Source: a virus
Virus record (IMG/VR): IMGVR_UViG_3300030329_000083
Location: 1-64,000 of that record
Reading direction: 5' to 3' (one strand)
DNA: 64,000 bases
The notes under the pieces: model-generated
The model's database searches: none
What the model was told of the DNA's origin: nothing
What the model saw: the letters and a program-made list of their open reading frames with translations, nothing else
Shown: positions 19,938 to 29,503 of the stretch, piece after piece
How the letters are laid out: the number at the start of each line of letters is the position of its first letter
Numbering within the stretch: the stretch's first letter is position 1
Made by a program: the position numbers and the translations under genes

Positions 19938-19942
19938 AGTAA

Positions 19943-22129
19943 ATGGCTCAAGCAACAACTCCACCTCCTGTATCTCAAACTATAAGAAATAGAAGATTTG
20001 CAGGATTTACACCCTCCCAAATAAATATATTATTACAGCGTAAAGGACTAGACCCTAATAGCTCTGGTGCTGCACGATACCTTGCGAGTATGACTCGTAA
20101 AGCCGAAGATAAACTTCTTATGGCTTCTAGAGGTGCTTTAGTTAGAGGTTATCAAGAAGGAGGTATGCCAGAAAATCAAGCTCTTAAACCTGCGCCTACA
20201 GGAGGCACTAAATCAGGAGGTTTTACAGGAGCAGATACAAAAGGTCAGAAAAAACTAGATGCTGCACAAGCAAATTTAGCTAAATTAAAAAATCAACTAT
20301 CAAAGCTGCAACAAGAACTAGCTACAATTCCTACTGGAAAGAAACATGATGAAGCTAGGGCAGACAAAGAAAAATTAATAAGAAAAAAACAAGCAGCTAT
20401 AACTGCTGCCGAAGCTGCAGTAGTTTCTGCTCAGAGTGGTGCTGCAACAACAGACATACCTACAGGTGCTGAACTTGTTTCAGGTATAATGGATGATCCT
20501 ACTGCTCAAGTTAAAAAAGCTGATGTAACTAAGATAGGAGAAGAAGACGCTGCAAAGGGAGATATAGCTGCAGGAACTGGTGCATTAGATGATACGGCTA
20601 AGTTTGACGATACGACAATAACTAAAGGCACAGCAGAAACTATAGATAAAGATTATCGTGAAGGTATTGATGAGACTGATTATCAAGTTACTGCAGACAA
20701 GCTAGGAGATAAAGCTAAAGACGCTTTAGATAAAAGAGAAGACGTAAAAGGCACTATTTCAGATAAAGCTAAGATGGAAGCTGAACAGATGGATAAAGAA
20801 GATCTAGCCATCAAAGATGTTGAAGCAGATCAAATAGCTGATGAGGATATAACACAGGTAGATACAGAAGGGCTAGAACGAACAGCAGAAGAAGGAGAGC
20901 TTCTTACTGATATTGGTGCTGATGCGGAAGACGCTAAGAAAAGACTTGATGAAGCAGGGTATGAAGCTGCAACTGGCGCACCGTCTTCTGAAGCAACAGT
21001 AAAAGGACAATTAACAGGTCTTATGGCTGACTTTGAGGGAGGTGATCCTCCTGCATGGGCTGCAGGTGCTATGAGAGCAGCTACAGCAGCTATGGCAGCT
21101 AGAGGTATGGGTGCATCCTCAATGGCAGGTCAAGCTATATTTAATGCGGCTATGGAATCTGCTTTACCTATAGCTATGAAAGATGCTGCAACACACTCAA
21201 GGTTTGAGGAAGCAAATCTTTCTAACAGACAAGCAATGGCAGTACTCGCATCAGAACAGTATGCAACATTTATAGGTAAAGAGTATGACCAAGAGTGGGA
21301 AAAAAGAACATTAAACGCAGCTACAATATCTGATATAGCTGATAAAAACTTTGATGCAGATGTAAGGGTAGCTTTAGAAAATGCTAACCTAGTACAAACA
21401 GCTAATCTAGCTAATCTTAATGCTAGGAACGCATTGACAATAGAAAAAGCTGCAGCTATGCAACAGCTTGATATGAAGAACCTAGACAATAGGCAACAAG
21501 CTGCAAAGAGAAACGCAGATGCTATACTAGAAATGGATATGGCTAATCTAGAAATAGAGCAACAAAATGATACTCTTACTAGACAAGCTATGGTTGACTC
21601 GATGTTTAACGATCAAGCGGCTGAAAATGCAGCTAAACAATTTAATGCTTCTAGTAAACAACAGGCTGATGAGTTTTTTACTAATGTAGCGGTAACGGTT
21701 GATACACATAACAATAACCAAAAGAACGCTATGGAGCAGTTTAATGTAGGGGAAGAGAACGCACTGATTAAGTTTCAGGATGAGCTAGAAAACAACAGAG
21801 ATCAATTTAACGCAACAAATGAACTTATTGTATCTCAAGCTAACGCTCAGTGGAGACAAGATGTTGTAACTACAAACAACGCTACAGAAAATGAAGCTAA
21901 TAGATTAGAAGCAACAGAAGCTAATAATCTTTCTCAAAAAGCTATGGATGAGATATGGCAGAAAGAAAGAGACTTAATGGCTTACGCTTTTGCATCTGCT
22001 GAATCTGCTGCTGAAAGAAAGCAACGGTTAGTTGAAGCAAAACTTAATGCAGACAAAGCTTCTGATGCTGCTTTTTCAAAAGCGTTAGGTTTAGTAGGTA
22101 GTGCTGTAGTTACTGGTATATTTAGCTAA
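19943..22129 (+). CDS. Internal virion (ejection) protein
   Basis: 728 aa, Ala/Gln/Asn-rich helical, RGMGASSMAG motif; position after tail genes. Confidence 0.55.
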   Translation: MAQATTPPPVSQTIRNRRFAGFTPSQINILLQRKGLDPNSSGAARYLASMTRKAEDKLLMASRGALVRGYQEGGMPENQALKPAPTGGTKSGGFTGADTKGQKKLDAAQANLAKLKNQLSKLQQELATIPTGKKHDEARADKEKLIRKKQAAITAAEAAVVSAQSGAATTDIPTGAELVSGIMDDPTAQVKKADVTKIGEEDAAKGDIAAGTGALDDTAKFDDTTITKGTAETIDKDYREGIDETDYQVTADKLGDKAKDALDKREDVKGTISDKAKMEAEQMDKEDLAIKDVEADQIADEDITQVDTEGLERTAEEGELLTDIGADAEDAKKRLDEAGYEAATGAPSSEATVKGQLTGLMADFEGGDPPAWAAGAMRAATAAMAARGMGASSMAGQAIFNAAMESALPIAMKDAATHSRFEEANLSNRQAMAVLASEQYATFIGKEYDQEWEKRTLNAATISDIADKNFDADVRVALENANLVQTANLANLNARNALTIEKAAAMQQLDMKNLDNRQQAAKRNADAILEMDMANLEIEQQNDTLTRQAMVDSMFNDQAAENAAKQFNASSKQQADEFFTNVAVTVDTHNNNQKNAMEQFNVGEENALIKFQDELENNRDQFNATNELIVSQANAQWRQDVVTTNNATENEANRLEATEANNLSQKAMDEIWQKERDLMAYAFASAESAAERKQRLVEAKLNADKASDAAFSKALGLVGSAVVTGIFS

Positions 22130-22141
22130 AAGGAGTAAAGA

Positions 22142-22762
22142 GTGTCACTAACGGCTAACCTTATGAGAAAAAATTTAACCAAAGAAAGAAACAGATTGGC
22201 TTTTGGTAATAACGCAGTGTATGCAGCACTAGGCGGTAAAAACCCTTTAGTTACAGACCCTACTAAAACAGGGAAGCGGAAGGACATTACTGCAGAAGGT
22301 GATAAGAAACAAGCTACCGCAGGGTTGATGGCTCAAGCTCCTAGCGTAAAAGAAGATGTACCCTCTGAAATAAAAGAGTTAGTGGGTGGACCTGTACAGC
22401 AACACCTAGAGAGAATTGCTAGGTTTGAAGCTGAGATGATAAATAAAGACGCTCCTACTAAAACATACACATGTGAAGCAGGAGATACCATTACAGACAT
22501 ATGTGAAAAGACAGGTAATACACTAACAGAAATTATGTATCATAATCCTGATTTAAAAGATAAAGATGGACTATACGGTGGAGATCAAATTAAAGTAAAA
22601 CAAGTAGCTGATCTAGGGTTAGCTGCAGACTATATATCTCAACTATGGGAAATAGTACAAAGTGGAGCAGGTTCAGGTTTGGCTAGTGAGATGTCTCGTA
22701 TGTATCAGCTATCTCCTGCCATTAAAGCACAAATAAAAAATATTAAGGAAGGATCAGGATAA
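22142..22762 (+). CDS. LysM-domain virion protein
   Basis: YTCEAGDTITDICEKTGNTLTEIMYHNPDL....LYGGDQIKV fits the LysM consensus. Confidence 0.65.
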   Translation: MSLTANLMRKNLTKERNRLAFGNNAVYAALGGKNPLVTDPTKTGKRKDITAEGDKKQATAGLMAQAPSVKEDVPSEIKELVGGPVQQHLERIARFEAEMINKDAPTKTYTCEAGDTITDICEKTGNTLTEIMYHNPDLKDKDGLYGGDQIKVKQVADLGLAADYISQLWEIVQSGAGSGLASEMSRMYQLSPAIKAQIKNIKEGSG

Positions 22763-23376
22763 TGGCTAAAACTCCTTCTTTCTCTGCTCCTATTCCAGGA
22801 CAATCATTAACCACACCTCCAAAAGCTAGAGCTTATGAGCGTCCTCCTGAGTTGAGTAACGTAACTGAAGTTATAGAATTTTACATTGACAGATTAGGCG
22901 ATCAAAGTGTCGTTGACGATTTGTTTGTAGCATTAGAAAATGGCTTTCCTCTTTCAACACTAGTAGATAGTATTACTGCAAATGGAGTTATGGAAGGTAA
23001 ACACTCTATTGATATTAGTATGTTAGTATCTCCTGTAATACATGAGTACATTCGTGTAGCAGCTAAAGCAGGAGGAGTTTCAGTAAAAGAGTTTCCTACT
23101 ACTAAGCAAGATGCTGATAATGAGCGTAACAAAGAAGCCTTAAAAGCTATGCTTATGAAGTCTTTAGATGAAATAGAAAACGAAGATGAAGGTACTGAGA
23201 TACTAGAGGAAGCCTTAGAGTACGTTGAAAAAGAACCTACTCCTGAAGACAGAGCAACAGAAGTAAGTGGTATAGCTATAATTACAGATGACATGAAAGA
23301 AGAGAAGGAAGCCTCCGACATAGAGATGTCACCACAAGAAGAAGAGCCTAAGGGCTTAATGGCTAGGAGAAATTAA
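22762..23376 (+). CDS. Internal virion protein
   Basis: APIPGQSLT..YERPPE N-terminus, C-terminal KGLMARR. Confidence 0.5.
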   Translation: MAKTPSFSAPIPGQSLTTPPKARAYERPPELSNVTEVIEFYIDRLGDQSVVDDLFVALENGFPLSTLVDSITANGVMEGKHSIDISMLVSPVIHEYIRVAAKAGGVSVKEFPTTKQDADNERNKEALKAMLMKSLDEIENEDEGTEILEEALEYVEKEPTPEDRATEVSGIAIITDDMKEEKEASDIEMSPQEEEPKGLMARRN

Positions 23377-23377
23377 T

Positions 23378-25084
23378 ATGGGATTTGATGCACAAGCATT
23401 TGCTACATCTTTCTTAACAGACCAAGCTCAGACTTGGAAAGAGAGATGGCGAAAAGCTGAAGAAGAAAGCATGAGAAAGTTAGAAATAGCTCAAACTGCA
23501 GGAGCAAAACAATATCAAAAGCGAAAAGCTTTACACGCTAGATATAAAGATATAATGCAGCAGCTTAAAGCTAAAGGTATGTCATCTGAAAATCTTGCAG
23601 CTATAGCTACCAATCCTGCAGAGATGGCTACTGTTTACAACTCCTTAACTGAGTTTGAATCTGCACACGGCAGAAGTATGTCTCCTGATAATATTAACAA
23701 ACTTATTACACTAAGCAAAGACTACGCTCCTGACGTTGATGAAAATGGTAGAAAGCTTACATGGCAAGATAACATTAAACGATCAGCAGGTCTATACAAA
23801 GATAATTACAAGCCTGATGATCCTGATGACGAAGGAAACATGTGGCAGTCTATTATGGGTATTAATGCTCAAGAAAGAGAAAACCAGAAGTTACGAGAAA
23901 GAAAAGAAATAGATGGTTACTCTGCTTATGAGTTATACCAAATGGGTACAACAGGAGATTATTTACCTGACAACCAAGCGTCATTTACTATAAACAGAGG
24001 TATGCTACCTGATCCTATGACTGCATCTGAGAACTTAGTACAAGCTGAGATGTTTTACAAGAACATGGCTACTTCTGCACAATCTTCTTACAATAGTATG
24101 ACTAAAAGGATGCAAGATGCGGTAAAAACAAAACCTAATTACTATATGATTGGTGATAGAGTTTGGGATTATGACAAATTAAGAACCGATGGAGTAATAA
24201 ATAAACACGAAGCTAAAGTTCATAACATATTAGATACTTGGACAAATACTGGTGGTATTGCTGCAACCATAGAAAACAGAAATGTACCTACAGAAGTAAT
24301 GGACGCTTACGGAGTTGACGCTATGATGAACATAGCCTCTCAATACGCTGCTGCAGGGCAACCTGACTTATGGCAATATAATCCACAGCTTAGAGGTACA
24401 GGTATTGTAGATCAAGTTAAACAGTATATGGACGGAAGTAAAAATGCTAAACTAACAATTACCTCTACTAACGAAGCTGAAGTTGATAAGATTGTTCTTG
24501 AGGCTATGCAAAAAGGTGAACTAGTAGATGGTGATAGTGTGTTTATGGATGTTCCTAACGGAAAAGAATTTATTCCAATCACGCAAGATATGATAGATCA
24601 AGCTAATGCTTCAGCAGATGAAGAAGATGCTATACAAGGACTAGGTGATCTAGCTAAGATAGAGGATATTACATTTGATATAGGTGTAGGAGAAGGACAG
24701 CCTGAACCTAAGACCGAAGAAGAGTTAGCAGAAATAAGAGAAGAAGAAAAAGAAGTTGAACTACTAGAAACACCAAAGTCTAACTTAACTTCAATATTTA
24801 ACAGAGCAGAACCTGTTAGTTCTGCGAAATCTGCTAGAATTAAAATGCCTGATTTATCTGACGTTGAAAAGGCTAGTATTTCTGAACATGTTGAAGTTCT
24901 TAAGAAAGAGTATGAGTATTATAGAGAAAATTCTCCTTCATCCTCTGGAACAAGAAAAGGTATTAAGTACAAAGGAACAAGCTATTTTGGCTTTGATAGG
25001 TTCTTAAGAGCTAAGTTAATAGAAGAGTATCCTAACATTGACGTAAGGATCTTAGGACAATTTGCAAAAAATTATGGTAAATAA
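23378..25084 (+). CDS. Internal virion (ejection) protein
   Basis: 568 aa; synteny with podovirus core-protein block. Confidence 0.5.
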   Translation: MGFDAQAFATSFLTDQAQTWKERWRKAEEESMRKLEIAQTAGAKQYQKRKALHARYKDIMQQLKAKGMSSENLAAIATNPAEMATVYNSLTEFESAHGRSMSPDNINKLITLSKDYAPDVDENGRKLTWQDNIKRSAGLYKDNYKPDDPDDEGNMWQSIMGINAQERENQKLRERKEIDGYSAYELYQMGTTGDYLPDNQASFTINRGMLPDPMTASENLVQAEMFYKNMATSAQSSYNSMTKRMQDAVKTKPNYYMIGDRVWDYDKLRTDGVINKHEAKVHNILDTWTNTGGIAATIENRNVPTEVMDAYGVDAMMNIASQYAAAGQPDLWQYNPQLRGTGIVDQVKQYMDGSKNAKLTITSTNEAEVDKIVLEAMQKGELVDGDSVFMDVPNGKEFIPITQDMIDQANASADEEDAIQGLGDLAKIEDITFDIGVGEGQPEPKTEEELAEIREEEKEVELLETPKSNLTSIFNRAEPVSSAKSARIKMPDLSDVEKASISEHVEVLKKEYEYYRENSPSSSGTRKGIKYKGTSYFGFDRFLRAKLIEEYPNIDVRILGQFAKNYGK

Positions 25085-28000
25085 ATGGCTTTTAGCTTTA
25101 CTGATCATGTAAGACAGATGAAAGGTGAACCAGAGGATCGTGTTGATCCTGTTAATTGGTCAGCACCTAAAATCTCTAAGTCTAATCCTCATATAACTAA
25201 ACTTTCCCCTACAGACCTACTGCAAAATGAAGAGTATCTAAGTGACATAAAAGCTCACATGGAGGATAGGTACGGTGTGGGTTATTCTGAAAGATATTCA
25301 GATAAAGAAATAATGGATATGTTTATAAATAAGCAAAGACGCTTTAACGCAGGACAATCCGTAGTAACGCTAGGTGAAACAGCTTGGTTAGCTAAAGCAG
25401 ATGAGGAAAGAAGAGAACGAGCAGCTAAAGCTTATTCTCATTTTGACAAACTAGGTAACATCTTTGGAGAGCAAAACACGTTCAGTGAAAAGATGGACGG
25501 TGTGTTTGACTACGCTAGAGCAGCTATTATAGACCCTGTAAACTTAATTAGCTTTGGTATAGGACGTTTAGCAGCAGGTGCAGGTATTAAGACTGCAGCT
25601 AGGATGGCTAGAGCTACTGCTCTCTCTAAGTATGACGAAGCTATAGCCGCAGGTAAAGGCATAAAAGAAGCTGAAAAGATACAAAAAACGCATCTAAATA
25701 CGTTGATGCAGGGAGTAACAAGTAATGCTTCCTTTAACTCTAGGGCTAAAAAAGAAATAGCTGCAGCTACAGCCGCAGATACAGCTTTAGCTATAGGAGT
25801 AGACATTGCATACCAGAACGGTATGATAATGTCCATGCAACAAAAAGATTATAGTGGTATACAAACATCACTCATGGCTTTAACAGGCTTAGTTGGTGGC
25901 GGTCTTTCTACTGCTAGTATTCTTAGACGGAAAAGAACCCAAGCTCAAGAAGGAGCATTATCAGGAATAGAAGAAACGTATTTATCTCAAAAAGCAAAAG
26001 CTCTTAGAAAAACAGCTAGAGGTTTAAAAAGAGATATGGAAAAACTCTATGATATTCGTAAACCTAAAAAGAAGATTAGCCAAAAAGATGAAAAGGTACA
26101 AAGGGGTGCTGCACAGTCTACTATTACTATGGATGAAGACGAGTTTTTCTCTAACTTTTTATGGGGTATACCAAGTAAAGGCATAAAAGGTTTTGTTAGA
26201 AATTTGTACGACAATGGAGTAATATGGGAAGGTAAACGATATGATGGTGATGGTGTTACGAACTGGTTAGCTGATGTAATATCTGGATCAGGAGACATAA
26301 GAGCATTTGGACAGGTCTACGCAGCTATGGAAGATATTATAGGCAAGAATGGTAAAAACTTAAAACAAGGTGATGCTACTTTAAATATACCTAATTATAA
26401 TGACGAGCTAATGGAATTAGCAAAAACAAAAGGTATCAAAGCCGAAGAGTTAAGCGAACAAGAAAAGCTACAGTTCTTTGCAGATCGTTTGATGCTGTCA
26501 GTTCATAAAAAAGGTACATTTTTTCAAAAATTAGGACAAACAGCTAAAGTTCTTCAAGCTAAAGGTAAACTAGACAATATGACAGCAGAGCAGTTTGAAG
26601 AAGATTTTTTTGGTGAACTGCCTGATCAGACTATTAAAGATAAAGTATTAAATGTTACTAACTGGGTACAAAACCTAACGATACGTAACATTGTTACTCA
26701 TCCTGGAACTACAGCTTTGAACTTAACTGGTTGGAGTGCTTACTCTACGTTACAAAGTACTACTGATGTAACAAAAGCTATTTTGTTTTCTCCGTTTGTA
26801 GCTTTGCAAAAACTTAGTGGTAGAGAAGGAGCAGATGAAAAAGCTAAATATTTAAGAAACTTAGTAGCTTTGCAAGGAAGAAAAGCTAGAAATATACTAG
26901 ACAGCGATACTACCTTTGAAGAGTTTAAATCTTATACTGTTATGCGTGAAGGTGTAGGTAATAAGTTATTCAGAAGTTTGGCAGGTGGTGTTGAAACTGT
27001 TCCTGACCATTTAGTAGGAACTAAGGCAGGGGAAGCTTTAGATCAATGGAACAAAAACAAACAGAAAAAGATGTTTATTGATCAATTTGGTTTTGATCCT
27101 AGCGAGAGAATGATTCCTCGCAATATGGAAAGATACACTAAGTTCTTTCAAACTGTTTATGGTGTTAAGGCTCAAGACCTACTAACTAAATCTGTTGAGT
27201 TTATGTATAACATTGAAAAAGGCATAATGAAAAAGTATGGTAAAACTTACTTAGAATTTATGGATACAAAGAAAACACCTGATTTGTTTAAAATTATGTC
27301 AGGTGAAGAATATTTAAAACTTGAAGCTAAAGCAGTAGATGATACATTAAAGTCTACCTTTAATAAACGGTATGGAGAAGGGCGATATGATTTTACAAGT
27401 GCGCCTATAAGGTCTTTTGCTAAAGCCGTTGAAGATTTTAGAAAGATACCAGTTCTAGGTTTAACTATGCCTTTCGGACAGTTCTTCAATAACACTATAG
27501 CTTTTATGACAGATTTTAGTCCTTTAGGTGCAGGTAAAGGTATATATAAGCTTTTTCAAAAAGGTGTAGATAAAGAAGACGCAGCAGATGCTATGATTAA
27601 AGGAGCTATTGGAACAACAGCAATAGGAGCATTTGCTTATAAAGAAATACCTAACATGGAAGAAGGTCTAGCGTGGTATGAAGAAAGAGAAACATTAACA
27701 GGAGGTTTAGGTACTGGTGTAGTTAGAAGCAGACAGTATGATTATCCTTACTCTGCGTTTAAAATGGCAGGAAGAATGGTAGCTCATAGAGCTAAAGGTG
27801 AAAGCATACCTAAAGAATTAATAACTACAGCATATGAAACATTTGGTTTAGGTCAGGCAACTAGACAACTAGGAGCGTATGAAACTGGAGTTAAGAAGTT
27901 CATACAAGCTCTAGCTTCAGGAGAGCTAGAATTAGCTGCAGAGAGTGCTATAAAGATTATGGGAAGTTCAGCTTCTCAAATGTTGTCAGGTCTATCTAGA

Positions 28001-28678
28001 CCTATGGATGTTCCTAATATGATTGTTGCTCAAGCTAGAGCCGATAAATACAAAAACTTTGACAGAAGACAAGGTGTTAAAGTATTTAATGATTCCGTAA
28101 GATACGTAGATCAGATATTTTCTGCATTAGGGTTTGAGATTGCTCCTGAAAAGAATAGACCTTTAACTAAAGAAAAAGCTGTTACACCTATAGGAAGGTT
28201 AGTAGGTTTTAGAGAAGTACCTAAACACAGTAACATTGAAAAGATGTTTAATATGGTGGGAAGACCGCAATGGAGAGCAGGGTTTTACTCAAACGTAGAA
28301 GAGGCTGATAATAGATTAAATGAAGTTGTGTTTAAACATTTAGAAAAAGAAGCGGATAGACTTGTACATCTGAAAGGTTTTGCTAAATTAAGACAAGATA
28401 GAAAGTTAGCTCTAGTTGCAGAGACAATAAACAGTGCAAAGAAGAAAGCTAAACAAGAGCTACAAGGCTCTATTGTCTATAAAGATAGACGCTTAGTAAC
28501 TATGCAAAGTATTGATAGAAACAATACTAGGCTTCAGATAGCTAAAGCTTTAGACTTAATGGGGATTTCTTCTATGGATGATATGGATACGAGACAATTA
28601 TTAATGTTAGAAGAATTGTTAGCACAAGAAAAGAGAGCCGCTAGAAAAATGATAAAGGGTGGAGATCCTATATATTAA
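25085..28678 (+). CDS. Large internal virion (ejection) protein
   Basis: 1197 aa, last gene of the structural arm, DPVNLISFGIG motif. Confidence 0.55.
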   Translation: MAFSFTDHVRQMKGEPEDRVDPVNWSAPKISKSNPHITKLSPTDLLQNEEYLSDIKAHMEDRYGVGYSERYSDKEIMDMFINKQRRFNAGQSVVTLGETAWLAKADEERRERAAKAYSHFDKLGNIFGEQNTFSEKMDGVFDYARAAIIDPVNLISFGIGRLAAGAGIKTAARMARATALSKYDEAIAAGKGIKEAEKIQKTHLNTLMQGVTSNASFNSRAKKEIAAATAADTALAIGVDIAYQNGMIMSMQQKDYSGIQTSLMALTGLVGGGLSTASILRRKRTQAQEGALSGIEETYLSQKAKALRKTARGLKRDMEKLYDIRKPKKKISQKDEKVQRGAAQSTITMDEDEFFSNFLWGIPSKGIKGFVRNLYDNGVIWEGKRYDGDGVTNWLADVISGSGDIRAFGQVYAAMEDIIGKNGKNLKQGDATLNIPNYNDELMELAKTKGIKAEELSEQEKLQFFADRLMLSVHKKGTFFQKLGQTAKVLQAKGKLDNMTAEQFEEDFFGELPDQTIKDKVLNVTNWVQNLTIRNIVTHPGTTALNLTGWSAYSTLQSTTDVTKAILFSPFVALQKLSGREGADEKAKYLRNLVALQGRKARNILDSDTTFEEFKSYTVMREGVGNKLFRSLAGGVETVPDHLVGTKAGEALDQWNKNKQKKMFIDQFGFDPSERMIPRNMERYTKFFQTVYGVKAQDLLTKSVEFMYNIEKGIMKKYGKTYLEFMDTKKTPDLFKIMSGEEYLKLEAKAVDDTLKSTFNKRYGEGRYDFTSAPIRSFAKAVEDFRKIPVLGLTMPFGQFFNNTIAFMTDFSPLGAGKGIYKLFQKGVDKEDAADAMIKGAIGTTAIGAFAYKEIPNMEEGLAWYEERETLTGGLGTGVVRSRQYDYPYSAFKMAGRMVAHRAKGESIPKELITTAYETFGLGQATRQLGAYETGVKKFIQALASGELELAAESAIKIMGSSASQMLSGLSRPMDVPNMIVAQARADKYKNFDRRQGVKVFNDSVRYVDQIFSALGFEIAPEKNRPLTKEKAVTPIGRLVGFREVPKHSNIEKMFNMVGRPQWRAGFYSNVEEADNRLNEVVFKHLEKEADRLVHLKGFAKLRQDRKLALVAETINSAKKKAKQELQGSIVYKDRRLVTMQSIDRNNTRLQIAKALDLMGISSMDDMDTRQLLMLEELLAQEKRAARKMIKGGDPIY

Positions 28679-29205
28679 CGTCCATAGAACTCAGTCACAG
28701 CTTTATTAGTAGAATCAAATAAATACCAACAACAGTTATCTTTGCCTGTCATCTTACTATCAGGTATCCACTTCACTCTCCCAACACTAACGATCTTAAC
28801 GAGCCAATCCATGTAGGGTTGGCTTTGCTTTGTGTGACACCAATCAGCATCAAACAATAGCCAAGTAGGACATTGCATAGCGAAGTGGTCTATGGCTAGA
28901 TGCAATATGCTCCTAGTCCAAGGTGGGTTTGTGATTACAAATGTTATTGCTTTAGTTGGGGGAATTGATACTTTAAACATATCTTTAGTTTGTATCCATT
29001 CTTGTTGAGGCTCAATGTCACTGTATACTACACCTTTACCTTTAGTGTGCTTATTTATCCATTTAACTAATGCTCCATCTCCTGCACAAGGCTCTAAGTA
29101 ATAGAACTTAGTCTTAGGTAAGTGTTCTACTAAAGGTAAAAATGCTTCTTCAGGGGTAGGGTAAAAGTCTCGTTCAATCCTGTCGAAGTTGCTTCTCTTG
29201 CCCAT
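28675..29205 (-). CDS. DNA amino-methyltransferase (N6-adenine type)
   Basis: DFYPTP, SAM-binding LEPCAGDGA, catalytic ITNPPW. Confidence 0.75.
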   Translation of the reverse strand: MGKRSNFDRIERDFYPTPEEAFLPLVEHLPKTKFYYLEPCAGDGALVKWINKHTKGKGVVYSDIEPQQEWIQTKDMFKVSIPPTKAITFVITNPPWTRSILHLAIDHFAMQCPTWLLFDADWCHTKQSQPYMDWLVKIVSVGRVKWIPDSKMTGKDNCCWYLFDSTNKAVTEFYGR

Positions 29206-29300
29206 CCCTTGTCTTCCTATTTATAAAATCATCAGCCTCTTGTTGTAAGCTACTGTTTTCTTTAGTCTTTTTATTTTTATAGAATTGTTCAACTTCTTTT

Positions 29301-29501
29301 TTAAGCTTCTCTTCTTCTTTGTTCATTGTCTTTAACCCTTTGTAGTCTTTTAAAATAGGCAGCATTAAAGCCACGCTCCCATTCACGGTGTCCACTAGTA
29401 TGCTTTTTATATGGATTTCCCTTTAAGTTTAAATAATTGGGAAACTTATCCATATAACCTTTCCAAAAAACATTAAAGCCTTTATCATACGGTGTTAACA
29501 T
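29301..29501 (-). CDS. Small Rmf/CrpP-like protein
   Basis: Y.KGF ... NPY ... W.RGF pattern. Confidence 0.4.
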   Translation of the reverse strand: MLTPYDKGFNVFWKGYMDKFPNYLNLKGNPYKKHTSGHREWERGFNAAYFKRLQRVKDNEQRRREA

Positions 29502-29503
29502 AA

